Source: Psilocybe cubensis | Taxonomy: Eukaryota | Direction of reading: 5' to 3' | Assembly: GCA_017499595.2 (NCBI GenBank) | Contig: CM039001.1 | Location: forward strand, 2,170,001-2,234,000 | DNA length: 64,000 bases | Shown: one piece after another, positions 52,340 through 64,000 of the stretch | Layout: every line of letters starts with the position of its first letter | How positions within the stretch are numbered: the first letter of the stretch is position 1 | Made by a program: the position numbers and the translations under genes | The notes under the pieces: model-generated | Seen by the model: the letters and a program-made list of their open reading frames with translations, nothing else | Databases searched by the model: none | What the model was told of the DNA's origin: nothing

Positions 52340-53664
52340 TTAAAAGTCTTCAGATACGGTACTGAAATAGCCTTCAATTTAGTCGCGATTGACCAAGAAA
52401 AAGAGATGGCTTACAATGATTTATGAGATGGGGAATCTGTCTTCCGAGAGACATCAATGCTGGCCTTCTGGTAATCTGAAACCCTTTTTTCAAAGAAATT
52501 TGTCTTTCCTTGAAGTGATATCATGTCCATAAAATCAAAAGGGTTGGCCGAGCCATAATATTTTGGATTTCCAAATGACACGAGCAGGCGGTCGGCAACA
52601 AATTCAATATACTGTCGCATGAGTTTGGCATTCATACCGATGAGGTCGACGGGAAGGGCATCTAGACGATTTATAAATAAAAATTCGACGACAAAATAGG
52701 AGTCTCAAATCACATACTAGTCAGAAAATCTTTTTCGATCTCAACAGCTTCCTGGATGATTCTGAGTATCGTATTGGGGTGCGGTCTACGCTTCAAATAG
52801 GTAAACAGAAGGCATGCAAAATCTGTATGTAGGCCTTCGTCCCGGCTGATCAATTCGTTTGAAAAGGTCAAGCCCGGCATAAGCCCTCGTTTTTTCATCC
52901 AAAAGATGGCAGCGAAGGACCCAGAAAAGAAGATGCCTTCCACTGCGGCAAAGGCAACGAGACGTTCCGCAAACGTAGAATTTCGATCAGATATCCAGTA
53001 CAGTGCCCAGTCAGCCTTGGATTTGACGCAAGGTATGTTTTCAATTGCCTGAAAGAGGAAGTCTCGTTTTTCTGAATCTTTGATGTAAGCATCAATAAGG
53101 AGGGAATACGTTTCGGAATGAATGTTCTCCATCATAATTTGAAAGCCGTAGAAACAACGTGCTTCAGGGAGTTGGACTTCATTTGAGAAGCGCTCGACAA
53201 GATTTTCGTTCACAATGCCATCTGACGCTGCAAAAAAAGCAAGGACATGGGAAATGAAATGTCTTTCGCCATCGTTCAATCGCTCCCAGTCCCATAGGTC
53301 ATGCGAGAGGTCAATCTCTTCCGCGGTCCAGAATGAAGCTTGGGCTTTTTTGTAAAAAGTCCAAATCTGACAACATGTTGGTATGGACCGGAAAATCTGT
53401 TGATAGTGACTAACCTCTGGGTATTGTATTGGAAATAAGACAAATCGACTTTTACTCTCTTTCAGCAGCGGTTCCTCCTCTAATGCGGCCTTACGATAAG
53501 ATGACAAACGCCAAGATTGGATTGCTGTACGCACGCTCTGGAATGTCCTCTCCAACGAAACAACTTCGCAATTCTTCAAAGTCATGGCCAGCACGATTCT
53601 GAGGTTGGAGATCTGAATCTTGCAGCTTGCAGTTCAGATGGTTGATGGCATGCTCAGAGACCAT
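52340..53664 (-). CDS. RNR2: Ribonucleotide reductase small subunit (R2), divergent copy A
   Basis: ATG 53664; [88 protein letters not shown]-terminal FTVSEDF*. Confidence 0.92.
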
Positions 53665-53776
53665 GGACTTGCAATGGCCTGATGTTAGACAAGGGGAATC
53701 CAGCGGATGACAATGGTAAGGAATATGTTGTTGTGGGCCGGAGCAAATTTGCAATCATTCCATTATGCGCCACTAA

Positions 53777-53852
53777 TGAGTCACGGTGCACGTGATACGC
53801 GATTTAGCTCATTAACAAACAAGTATAAAGAACACGCCGCGACGCGACGCGA
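53777..53852. promoter_or_regulatory. Bidirectional RNR2 promoter with TGAGTCA, CACGTG, TATAAA and MCB-like ACGCGA/(CGCGA)3 elements
   Basis: TGAGTCA 53777, CACGTG 53789, ACGCGA 53797, TATAAA 53824 and CGCGACGCGACGCGA 53838-53852, all between the two divergent ATGs. Confidence 0.5.
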
Positions 53853-53983
53853 TTTTCGTTGAATGTGACCAAACAGAACCACACATTGGATGGCATAAAT
53901 AATTTCGAACATACCGCACATGGTGCTCTTTGCGCGCCTCCACCAACGAAATCTTACCTCCATCTTACCTTTTATTTTTTACA

Positions 53984-55466
53984 ATGACTGTCTCTGTTGC
54001 TCAACGTCCTGCGTCCCCTGCACCCACACCGAGCAAGAAGGTACGCTTGTCGTCGTCGTCGCGTCGCGTCGTGGCACTGACACATCACCACTCTAGCTCG
54101 GTACTGACCTCGCCGCTCTCAAATTCGGCACTCCAGCCAAGGAGAAATCCCTACTCATCATTGACGATGAAAAACGCGCAGTCTCACCCGCTTCTGTCAC
54201 TGATGCCACCGAGCTCGTTGTCGCACCAAAAGTCGCGCGCAAGTACGTCGGCGAGGTAGACCTTCCTGAATGTAAGTATTCGTGTCTCTGGAGTTTGTTA
54301 TTTATCTTATGTTCTTTGTAGCTGAGGAGCCTTTGCTCAAAGAGTCGCGTCGTCGTTTCGTTCTCTTCCCCATCCAGTACCACGAGGTATGTCATGTCGT
54401 ATGGAATTGATAACACAGACGCTTATTCTCTCAATAGATTTGGCAAATGTACAAAAAGGCAGAGGCCTCCTTTTGGACTGCCGAAGAAATGGATCTCTCA
54501 AAAGATATCCACGACTGGAACAACCGCCTCAACGACAACGAGCGTCACTTCATTTCTCACGTCCTCGCCTTCTTCGCTGCCTCCGACGGCATCGTCAACG
54601 AAAACTTGCTCGAGCGCTTCTCTAATGAAGTCCAAGTAGCCGAAGCTCGCTGCTTCTATGGTTTCCAGATCATGATGGAGAACATCCACTCCGAAACTTA
54701 CTCTCTTCTCATCGACACCTACATCAAAGATCCTGCCCAGCGCGATTATCTCTTCGACGCCATCGAAACTGTTCCTTGCATCAAGCGTAAGGCTGAGTGG
54801 GCTCTCAAATGGATCTCTGACCCCGAGGCTTCCTTTGGCGAGCGCCTTGTCGCGTTTGCTGCCGTGGAGGGTATTTTCTTCTCCGGCTCCTTTGCATCTA
54901 TCTTCTGGTTGAAGAAGCGTGGTCTCATGGCGGGTCTGACATTCTCGAACGAGCTCATTAGTCGCGACGAGGGCATGCACACCGACTTCGCTTGCCTGCT
55001 CTTCAGCCATCTTAAGCGCCGCCCCCACCCCGATACTATCCAAAATATCATCACTGAAGCCGTGAAGATCGAACAGGAGTTCCTTACAGGTAAGTTTTCG
55101 TCACCCATGTCAGTCGGCTTGTCACTAACGTACTCCCAGATGCTCTTCCCTGCAAACTCATTGGCATGAATGCCGACCTGATGTGTCAATACATCGAATT
55201 CGTCGCTGACCGTCTTCTTGTTTCTCTCGGCAACGACAAAGTCTACAACAAGACGAATCCGTTCGACTTCATGGAGATGATTTCTCTGCAAGGCAAGACC
55301 AACTTCTTTGAGAAGCGTGTGTCAGACTATTCCAAGGCTGGCATCAACCACACTACAACGGAAGGCATTAGCCAGCCGTCAAAAGAATTGTCAGTAATTC
55401 CTAGGTTTTTATGTCTTGTCTTTTAACTCACATCTCTTTTCTAGTGTTCTCGATGAGGACTTCTGA
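53984..55466 (+). CDS. RNR2: Ribonucleotide reductase small subunit (R2), copy B (conventional-looking)
   Basis: ATG 53984; [86 protein letters not shown]. Confidence 0.95.
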
Positions 55467-57669
55467 TTCTTTTCTCTTTGCCTGCCTCTCGTTGTGTTGT
55501 CATCTATGTTATTCTTATATCCCATTGCACTGTTTCTCTAGCCACTTGTAATACTTAGCAACTAAAGCATATGTACAATTGTTTCTCATACGGAACGCAT
55601 TATTTATCATTTTCTAAGGAATAGAATGATATATTTTCCACTCAAAGCGCCGGTTTCCTAATGTTGTAACCGAGGAAATGCTAGAAGCCTCAAAATCTAG
55701 TTTTTGACACATGATGATGCGTGTACCAACTCGAGCACCGTAGAACCATTCTTAAACACTAGAAGCTGTGGGGTACGTAGCAGTTCATAGAAGCGTGTAA
55801 AAGTGTAAACACATCGGTCATATATAACATTTGTTGAAAAGTACTGACGGAGTGCTTCCCTTCGACTTGCTTTAATAGACGCTTCACTTGTTTTAGTTAC
55901 AGCATGGTACATCCGTGAGGAATTTAGAATTCCTTTAAACACAACCAGCCTTCCATGTCAATAGAATGCCCGCTACTTTGAGCAGCAACACCAACGATTA
56001 TCGAATAGATTTTTTGGCTGGCAACGTAGCATAAAACATGAACAGCAAGCATGCCAAGGACCATGCTACACATACACAGACGGCTGACACTTCTGGCGGG
56101 CCGAGAAGTGCATTGAATGCTTATCGTTCTTGGGCTGGTGGGTCGGTTTTGAATGGAATCAACTCCAACGCAACTCCACTTTTGCCAGAACCTTTCTCTC
56201 TGAGAACTGAGACGCGTCGGGAGAATGAGGTGCCTTGAATAAAAATACCGGGAGGCGGAGATAGCATGTTCTCACTGGAAGAGGACCGGAGAACCAGGAG
56301 GGAACATGAAAGATAGGCATTGGTGGCCCTTCCATACGAGGGGAGTAAATCGGGAGTCGGGTGGATCGAGGTGTCTGCACCCGTGCCGAGTGGGTAAAGC
56401 CTCTTTGACTTTAGTAAGTTGCTGAAATCGACATTTCTAAAGATGTAGACACGGGAGATCTGGTTCAATCTACGGGCAGAAACATGTAAAAAACGGATCA
56501 TCTCAAGTGTCACAAAATTTAGCATACACTTTTCGAAACTTTAGATAGCAGAAGACAGCAGGTTATTTCGGAGCGGGATTAGGAGGCAGAACAGGTGGAA
56601 TGTGCGGTCAAAGTGCGCCTCACATGGCAGTGCAGGATTGAGAAATAATTCCAAGCGAAAGGCCGTATGTTATGCCTTGGTTGAGAGCGTCCATCAAAAG
56701 ACACCATGGTTGTAATAGATTTCGCCAGGAAATATGATCTCCTTGACTTTCGTGGAGTGATAAGAACACAAATAACTATCTTTACGACCAGACCTGCACT
56801 GTCAAAGGTGATGACACGAGGTGGATTGTCGCATACGTTTGGCACATGAAGCGTGTTTTGAATGTTGGATATTGAGAATGGCTTTACAGAAAAACGGGGG
56901 TCATAGGAGATAGACGTGCGTGGTTAAGAAAATAAAAGGATGATTCTCCAGACGGCCAAAGATGGGACCGACTCATTGACCGGATTACCAAAAATGGTAG
57001 TCTGATGCGGACAATCCATCCATCGGTCTATATTTGGTCCAATCTGCCAGCAATGGCATGTATGTGCCAACAATCCTATGAAATGATCTCTTTCTCACCT
57101 TTCTACTTCAATGCATACGAGAGTCTGGCTCGTTCCCAGCTCGCTCTTCCAGCCCGGCTCGATTCATTTCTGGCAACTTGAATACCGACCGCTAACCAGC
57201 GTCTGGTCGGCAGAAAGCCATTTTGCTGAACATCTGGTTGTTGGTTCCAGAAGGCTAGTCTTTTATTCAGAGGATTAGTTTCGCTTTTGAGGACATGGAC
57301 ATACACCAGTCCAGAACCAAGACACTTCTGATCTAATCAGGACAGCGAAGTATCTGATACTATGTTATTTTGACATACACCTCGAAGCACGAGTCTTAGT
57401 AAACTGGTTCCAGGGGCAGATCGCCTGATGAACCTTCGACGAACCGCTACTTCTTCGAGCATGCATACCGGCATGAGAGTAAACAGACCAGTTACTTCAA
57501 TCCCGCATTATTTAATTTGGCTCATCGAATCTTGTCTGTTGCCGGCAGCCTAATTTCTCTCTCTCCGCTTGCATACCTATACCCCGTTCCTTACTTTCGA
57601 CTAACGGGCCCAAACTACCACCTCTTCATCTATTCTCGTTGGATTCTGTGTGTATCTCTCTATCGATAA

Positions 57670-59218
57670 ATGAAGTCCATCTCCTTCCTTCGCAACACTT
57701 GGAAAAAAAGGGAGCAGAAAACACCACTTGATGGGTCGGATAACACCCCACCCAGCAGCCCTCGAGATTCCCGGAAGCAGCAATTCTCCAAGTCAACAAC
57801 TACGTCCAGTCGCTCTCTTACCGTGACGCTGAGGCAACTTCCTGTAGAAGACACGTCTGCGCTGCAGGTCGGAGGCTCGTGGCAAATATCCAATAACTAT
57901 CAGCCTCCGTCCCCCATCTACGATCAATTCACCCAAAGCGACCTTACTCTGAGGCACAAGGAGAGCGTTCAATCAGGGCTTGACAAATCTTACTGTAGTC
58001 GCACGATGCTCTCCGAACAGAGTAACAAACCGTGCAATATGTCCAGCCTTCCTCCCCGCAAATTTTCCACTACACATTCCACACAACAACAGTATGTAAC
58101 ACTACCCACCAAAACTACTCATTGCCCAGTCATCCCTGAAAGGCAAAAGGATGGCATCACGGAACAGCATTCCCCTACACACACCCGTAACGTTTCTCCT
58201 CCATCACCGCGTACACCGTCATTACCGTCATTCCAATTACTACCGCCAATTGATTTGAACTACGGACCAGGGAGCAAATTCGGAGATAGTCTTGCGGGAG
58301 GAAAGAACTGCAAATGCGACCCAACGCCTCGTTCGCGGCATGATGCGCAGTGTCCCAGACATACCTTTGCCGAGGCTCAGAATAATATGACGCCTGTGAG
58401 GTCCACCACCGTGTCTCAAAGGTCACCGAAGACGGTAGACGCAATTCTCGATCTTTCCCATGACTCAAAACCGCGTAGCCTGTATCACAGTACCGGCTCA
58501 ACGCCTCATTTGCCTTACAGAGACCGTGCCGTTTCTTCTAGTCGTTCGGAGGATTCTTCATACTCAGCGGGGAGCAGTGAAGCAGAACATTTCCCCCTCT
58601 CACTCTTTCCACTTCCCCCGCCTTTAATCGTTCGTAAAAGAGTCCCCGCACCATTAGTCTTGCGCAACGTCACTCCACCTTCAGCTTCGGCGCACAGTTC
58701 TCGTGATTCAACACCAGTGGGGACGCCGACGACTCCTCGGTTCTCAACCCTTAATTCCCCCTCTCAGTCAAGCGTTGCTTCCCCTTCGAAGAAATTTTAT
58801 ACTGGCCGTCCTTCTACCAACTTCTCCCCGCCCCCTTTTAGTCCGCCGAACAGTCCATTACCAAAACCACCCGTTGCTCAAGACGTGGCTCGAAGGTCTC
58901 CAGAACAGACTATCCATCCATTGAGAACTGTGCAGTCCAACGCTAACCTTCGGGGAGCGCTACCATTTCCCGCTAAACATAGGCTTACTTCGAGTGAGCC
59001 TATATCCGATCAGGCGAGTGTGCCGATTAGACGGCCACCGAAACCACGACCCGCAGAACGTCCAAAAAATATCCAAACTTATATGGTGCGCATTGCAGGA
59101 TACGATTTTTGTTTTCTTTTGCTTATCTTTATTTCGTCAACAGGATACCAAAGATCAATCCATAAGCACCGTGAACCCCAATGTGGAAACACAAGTTCAA
59201 TGGGGGTACGCTTTTTAG
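57670..59218 (+). CDS. Hypothetical low-complexity Ser/Pro-rich protein
   Basis: Long open frame 57670-59085, then a gtgcgc...aacag intron to a final exon DTKDQ...QWGYAF*. No recognisable domain; start codon uncertain. Confidence 0.6.
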
Positions 59219-59524
59219 AATTCTGTTTCCGGACTACTTCCATACCTGCTGGCGGTATTTATCTATGAGTCTGTATATTCGATATGGTACTTCCTTAGCC
59301 TACCTCGCATGGGTGATGGCGTTACTTATTCTACACTACGGCGCGGCGTGAACACTAAATAGTGTAGAAATTGTTGTTTATCGTTATGTAAATGTAAATG
59401 TACCTAAAAGTGTGTTATATGTACCTTTAAATTCGAGAAAATTGTATGAACAAATAAATCGTACATGACAACCCAGTCGTTGAAGACTTGAGGTGCTCAA
59501 AAGATTTTGACCGAGGAAAACTGG

Positions 59525-59926
59525 TCACTTGTTTTTCTTAGTTTCGGGCGTTTCTTTTTGCTCTTTAGGCGCCGCTGTTTGTCTGTCTTCACGTATGGCA
59601 GAGATTATGTATGCCACGAGGACAACGTTGGCAGAAACTACCGCGGTAATCGCAGCAAAGGTAGCATTTTCTATTCGGGAACCGTGAGCATGGCAGGAGC
59701 AAAATGTGAAATTGAACCGCCTTTGCTTACCATTCCATAAGTACTTCAAAGAGAGAAAGTAGGAGCTTATGGGAATCACCCCTAGTGACACGCTGAAGAT
59801 GATGAGTTTGAACAGAACGCCACTAGTACGCTTATGAGCGAACTGGACACTACACGCCCTGGAATGGGGAGCATACCCTGCCGCGGCATCCGCGTTGATC
59901 TTGCTTACAGCAACTTGTTCGCTCAT
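59525..59926 (-). CDS. VMA21: V-ATPase assembly factor Vma21
   Basis: VLFKLIIFSVSLGVIPISSYF...NATFAAITAVVSANVVLVAYIISAIRED, C-terminal KKNK ER-retrieval signal; two introns (59823-59876, 59671-59730). Confidence 0.9.
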   Translation of the reverse strand: MSEQVAVSKINADAAAGYAPHSRACSVQFAHKRTSGVLFKLIIFSVSLGVIPISSYFLSLKYLWNGKQRRFNFTFCSCHAHGSRIENATFAAITAVVSANVVLVAYIISAIREDRQTAAPKEQKETPETKKNK

Positions 59927-60200
59927 ACCGAGGTTGCTGTCTTTTATAAATCAAAGAGCGAGGTACGGTACCAATTGTTGGGTCGCCGACTATGTGGTAA
60001 GAGTTCGTGTTTGAACCTTGCAAGGTTCCCTCCTGTTCAGGCATCAGTCGCGTGTGCACGTGAGTTATTGGCACGTATTCAATACGCTAATACTGGAGTC
60101 GGCCTTGATAAACTAGTAAACTATCGCTCCGCTCTTTGACATTTCGTTAGCTTTCAAGGCAGGCAATCTTAAGGCATTACGAGGCCGCGAGAACCATACA

Positions 60201-62588
60201 ATGACCAAAGAGCATGATGGGCCCCAAACTTTGAAGGAGACCACGTCGACAAGCAACCTGGCGCCAGCTCCGAGTGCTACAGTGACTGCCTTTTATGATT
60301 CTTGGTTTCGTTGGAATATTCTGCCATCTGAGTGGGATATCTTGTGTCTATCAACTGTGCTAAAGGTCCTTCTGTTCCCATCCTAGTGCGTACAATTTAG
60401 ACGCGTCGCGTCTTGGAACTGGAGGCTCATATATGTGGTGTAGCCGATCGACAGATTTCGAAGTGCATAGAAACTGGCTTGCTATCACTCATACCCTTCC
60501 TATTTCAAAATGGTACTACGACGTGCGTTTATATGCCTGAACTGTTTAATCCATGCTGACAAGAAACAAAGACGACGTCCGAATGGAGTGACTATCATAT
60601 CTCATGACATGAAACTGCCCTTGCTAACGCGAACTAACAGCATTGGACTACCCACCTTTCTTCGCCTACTTTGAGAAGCTTATGTCTATACCGGCGTCCT
60701 TTATTGATCCAAAGATTGTCGACCTCAATAATCTCAACTACGATGGATGGTCCGTCATAGCCTATCAAAGAAGTACTGTCATCATTACAGAATTGGTTCT
60801 GGGTGCGGTATTACTCAAGTGAGAGATCATATTCCTCAAATTTTTGCAGCTAATTCTGAAGGATTGCGACAGGTTCATCAGAGGTTCCGTCGAACCACCA
60901 ATACAGCGTATTATATCCGCTTCCATTTTTCTTCACCCTGGATTCTTGATAGTTGACCACATACATTTTCAATACAATGGCTTCATGTACGGAATTTTAC
61001 TTTGGTCGATTCTCCTGGCGCGCAATGTGAGCTCTTCTAATGCTTATGAGATTAATTTGTTTTTAATCAACAATTCCTCTTGATCACTAGAGCAATAAAC
61101 TTGCTAGCGGAATTCTCTTTGCCGTGCTACTGAATTTCAAGCACATTTACATGTACCTTGCAGTACGCCAGTCCAATCACGGAAGCCAGGCAACTGTGGC
61201 TGACTGAATTTCCAGCCAGCATACTTTATATACCTCCTTCGCTCGTTCTGTTTATCTCCAACTGGCCAGGTCCATGTCAAGAACTTCCTTTCGTTGGCCA
61301 ATGCAGTGATTGCTGTATTCGTGGTATCGCTGGGTCCCTTCGCCCTCATGGGACAAATACCCCAGCTACTTTCTAGGCTGTTCCCGTTCACTCGAGGTTT
61401 GAACCATGCCTATTGGGCACCCAATTTCTGGGCGTTGGTAACTGCCGCAGATCGAGTGCTTTTGAAATGTACGTGTGTCGGCTTTCCTTGCTCCACAAGT
61501 AACAACAATAACACTTTAGTTTAGATGCCCAACTCACGGGTGCTAAATTTGCCATTAACGAGTCCGGAGTGGTATCTACATCCCGAGGCCTTGTTGGGGA
61601 TACTGTCTTTGCCATTCTGCCAAATATCAAGCCGATTCATACTTTCGTAATTACCGTCGCTTTTCAAGCAGTACGTTTTGCTTTGTTCCTGAGATTACAA
61701 ATTTCATAAACCTTGCGTAGATCTGGCTGGTGAAATTATGGAGGAGCCCGTCGTACAAATCTTTCTTGACTGCTTTGACATTGTCAGGGTGGTCATCATT
61801 TCTATTCGGATGGCATGTCCACGAGAAAGCCGTTTTGCTGGTTCTCATCCCTCTCAGGTAAGGACTTTGCATGCCGTTCCATGCAAAGGTTGATAAGACA
61901 ATACACATAGCCTTCTTGCAGCCGAAAGGCAAGCTTATTTCAGGACCTTTGTACTTGCGAGTGTAGCAGGCGTCTTCTCGCTGTTTCCCTTGATCTTCAC
62001 ACCAGCAGGTTCGGAGTCTTTCAATTTACGGATCAAATCATCTCTTGTTTATTCATGAACTGAGTCGGTTTTTCTCACAGAGTCCATCGTCAAAGTGGTT
62101 TATTCCACGGTTTGGCTCGCGGCCGTTTACATCCCTCTGAGCCGCCGTGTATACGAGTGAGCTAAAAACCACCTTGCGCCTAACTCCGCGCACCGCTCAC
62201 ATTCATTTTTTTTCTCTCTGCGCATTGTAGATACCCTAATTCCTTCGCGCTGGTGGTTATGGACGCAGCGGAGAAAGCGTATCTCGCTGGCTTTCCTCTC
62301 TTGCTGCTGTTTGTCTCCGTTTTCCCCCTTTCAGGAACACAGTCGGTTGTTAATAGTGCGGCCACGTCTGTGGAAACGTGTGTGTCGACCGACGGATTTT
62401 CGTGCCCTGAACCGCAAACCGGTTTGAATCAGGGTTCAGCGCCGCCAGCGGCTCCGATGGAATTTCTTCCGCTCATGGTGACAAGTGTTTATTGCGCCGT
62501 TGGGCTGGTATGGAGTTTCTTGAAGCTGGGCTTCATTTACTTGCAGGAAGAAACGAAGTTCCAAGGGCGGCTGAGTGAAATCAAATAG
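60201..62588 (+). CDS. ALG8: Dolichyl-P-Glc alpha-1,3-glucosyltransferase Alg8 (GT57)
   Basis: [105 protein letters not shown]. Confidence 0.95.
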
Positions 62589-62704
62589 ATGCTGGTGGTA
62601 CATTGATTGTAATGGATTATAGCTACATTTTGGAAACAATGCTAGCATATGGACAGGACCAGAGATCCGAGGATACAGGGTAGAAGACAGAAGTCACGGA
62701 AAGT

Positions 62705-64000
62705 TTACTTCTTAGAGATATGGACAACTGTCAGAAGAAGAACAAGTGCAATCAGTGATCTGTTCATTGAAAATAACGGAGTGATAAAAATAGTCAGGAA
62801 AGGCGAATTCACCATCTTCATCTTCTAGAACGTGATCCAAACCAACTTTCTGTCCGCGCGAATGTTTTGCGCTAGCGCCCCAAACGATAGCACTACAAAT
62901 AGGTCATCATCTGCTTTGAGTGCTAGAAACAAGGAGCTTACTATTTCATTTGTTTTGCGATCTCCTTGTGGATGGAATTACAGAAATCTTCTACGGTGCA
63001 TTTTCCCCGACGGAGAACAACAGGGGAGTTGTAATCTGGAGCCAAACCGCGTGGTTTGGTATAAACACGAACGAGGTTCAGGGTTTCCCACATCATTGAG
63101 ATGAGCTCGTCGACGTTGAGCCATTCTTTGGACGAGATAGGAACAGACATGGGAATTTTGTAGCTGCGAGCACAAGATAAATCAGAACATGGTGATAACG
63201 GAACACATGGGATGTAAACTGACAGAAGATCGAGCTCTTCGATTGAGATTGCATCAATCTGTCAACATAACTAATCAGAGGGAGTGGATGGAAAACGGTT
63301 CAATCAGGTCGACCTTGTTCAGTACCTGGCCAGATAATGAAATGAAAAGATGAGTATCACAAACTTGATTTATGCGAAATGAAAAACATACATAGATAGC
63401 TGGAATGTAGACTCTAAATATGGTTGAGCACAATGGGCAGCACCTCTCGGCAATGAAGCGCCAGACGCACCTGTTTCCTTCAATTACATCCACCAAATCG
63501 TCTGCTGTTGCGTTTGGCTCCCTGATAGCAACATCGACATTGTTAAGCCTGTACTCGCTGAGGATGGCCTTGATCTCATCCTGATCCATATTGGTGAGAG
63601 GCACGGTGTTGGTGATGGCGATACCACCCTTCTCTTTCTTGCGAACTGTGATCGCTGGAGGCTTTTTGTTCAACCGGATGCCAAATCCTTCCAGTTCAGC
63701 TTCGATGATCTTTTTATCGCCAAGAGGTTTTAGCACATCGAGCACGATGAAAATGAGATTACACGTTCGCGCCACTGAGTCGGAAGTTTAGCTGGTTTGC
63801 GAGTGAGCTGACGAGATAGGTGGGCTTCCGTACCGGCGATGACTATGATAATATAGTGTGGGAGGTCAAGAACTACGGGATTACGGTAATTGGAATATGG
63901 GCGCACCTTGCCGACCTCTACCTTTACCGTCTGCGGCACCCTCGATAATACCGGCTACCAAACGAGCTGAGTGGGTGGATCTTTCTGGACGAGAGAAAGT
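62705..64000 (-). CDS. RBG1: Developmentally regulated GTP-binding protein 1 (Rbg1/DRG1); 5' end outside the window
   Basis: [59 protein letters not shown] (G4), [11 protein letters not shown] domain ending LEDEDVVHISKK* at 62705. Confidence 0.93.

Noticed and set aside
52340..53664. RNR2 copy A as a pseudogene or Rnr4-like inactive subunit
   Set aside because: All exons splice in frame with canonical sites, and every iron ligand and radical tyrosine is present.
54498..55291. Long antisense ORFs (181 aa x2) over RNR2-B, and similar ones over RIM15 and RIB1
   Set aside because: Shadow ORFs explained by biased sense-strand codon usage; no recognisable protein features.

Overview
Gene-dense, intron-rich eukaryotic DNA from a basidiomycete fungus, most likely an Agaricomycete. 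This is inferred from the ~50-60 nt GT-AG introns with CTRAC branch points, a DUF6534-type membrane protein and a short-form tRNase Z. I can assemble about 27 spliced protein-coding genes by hand, mostly housekeeping: BTB protein, membrane-fused SAM-dependent transferase, two M28 glutamate carboxypeptidases, RIB1, GH17, VPS17, secreted M24 peptidase, Pex14-N protein, tRNase Z, THOC7, VPS52, RPN11, RSM18, RIM15, UIM protein, sugar porter, IMP2, two RNR small subunits, VMA21, ALG8 and RBG1. I found no rRNA, tRNA, transposon or CRISPR, and no convincing wholly new multi-gene system. The most interesting structures are: two head-to-head paralogue pairs (GCPII x2, RNR2 x2) that each share a ~300-bp promoter; a Rim15 with a fully canonical Asp receiver domain; 4-9 nt micro-exons; a GC-AG intron; a convergent gene pair with only 35 bp between stop codons; and a recurring CGCG promoter/first-intron motif. 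CDS coordinates are start-to-stop gene spans including introns, derived by manual splice reading.
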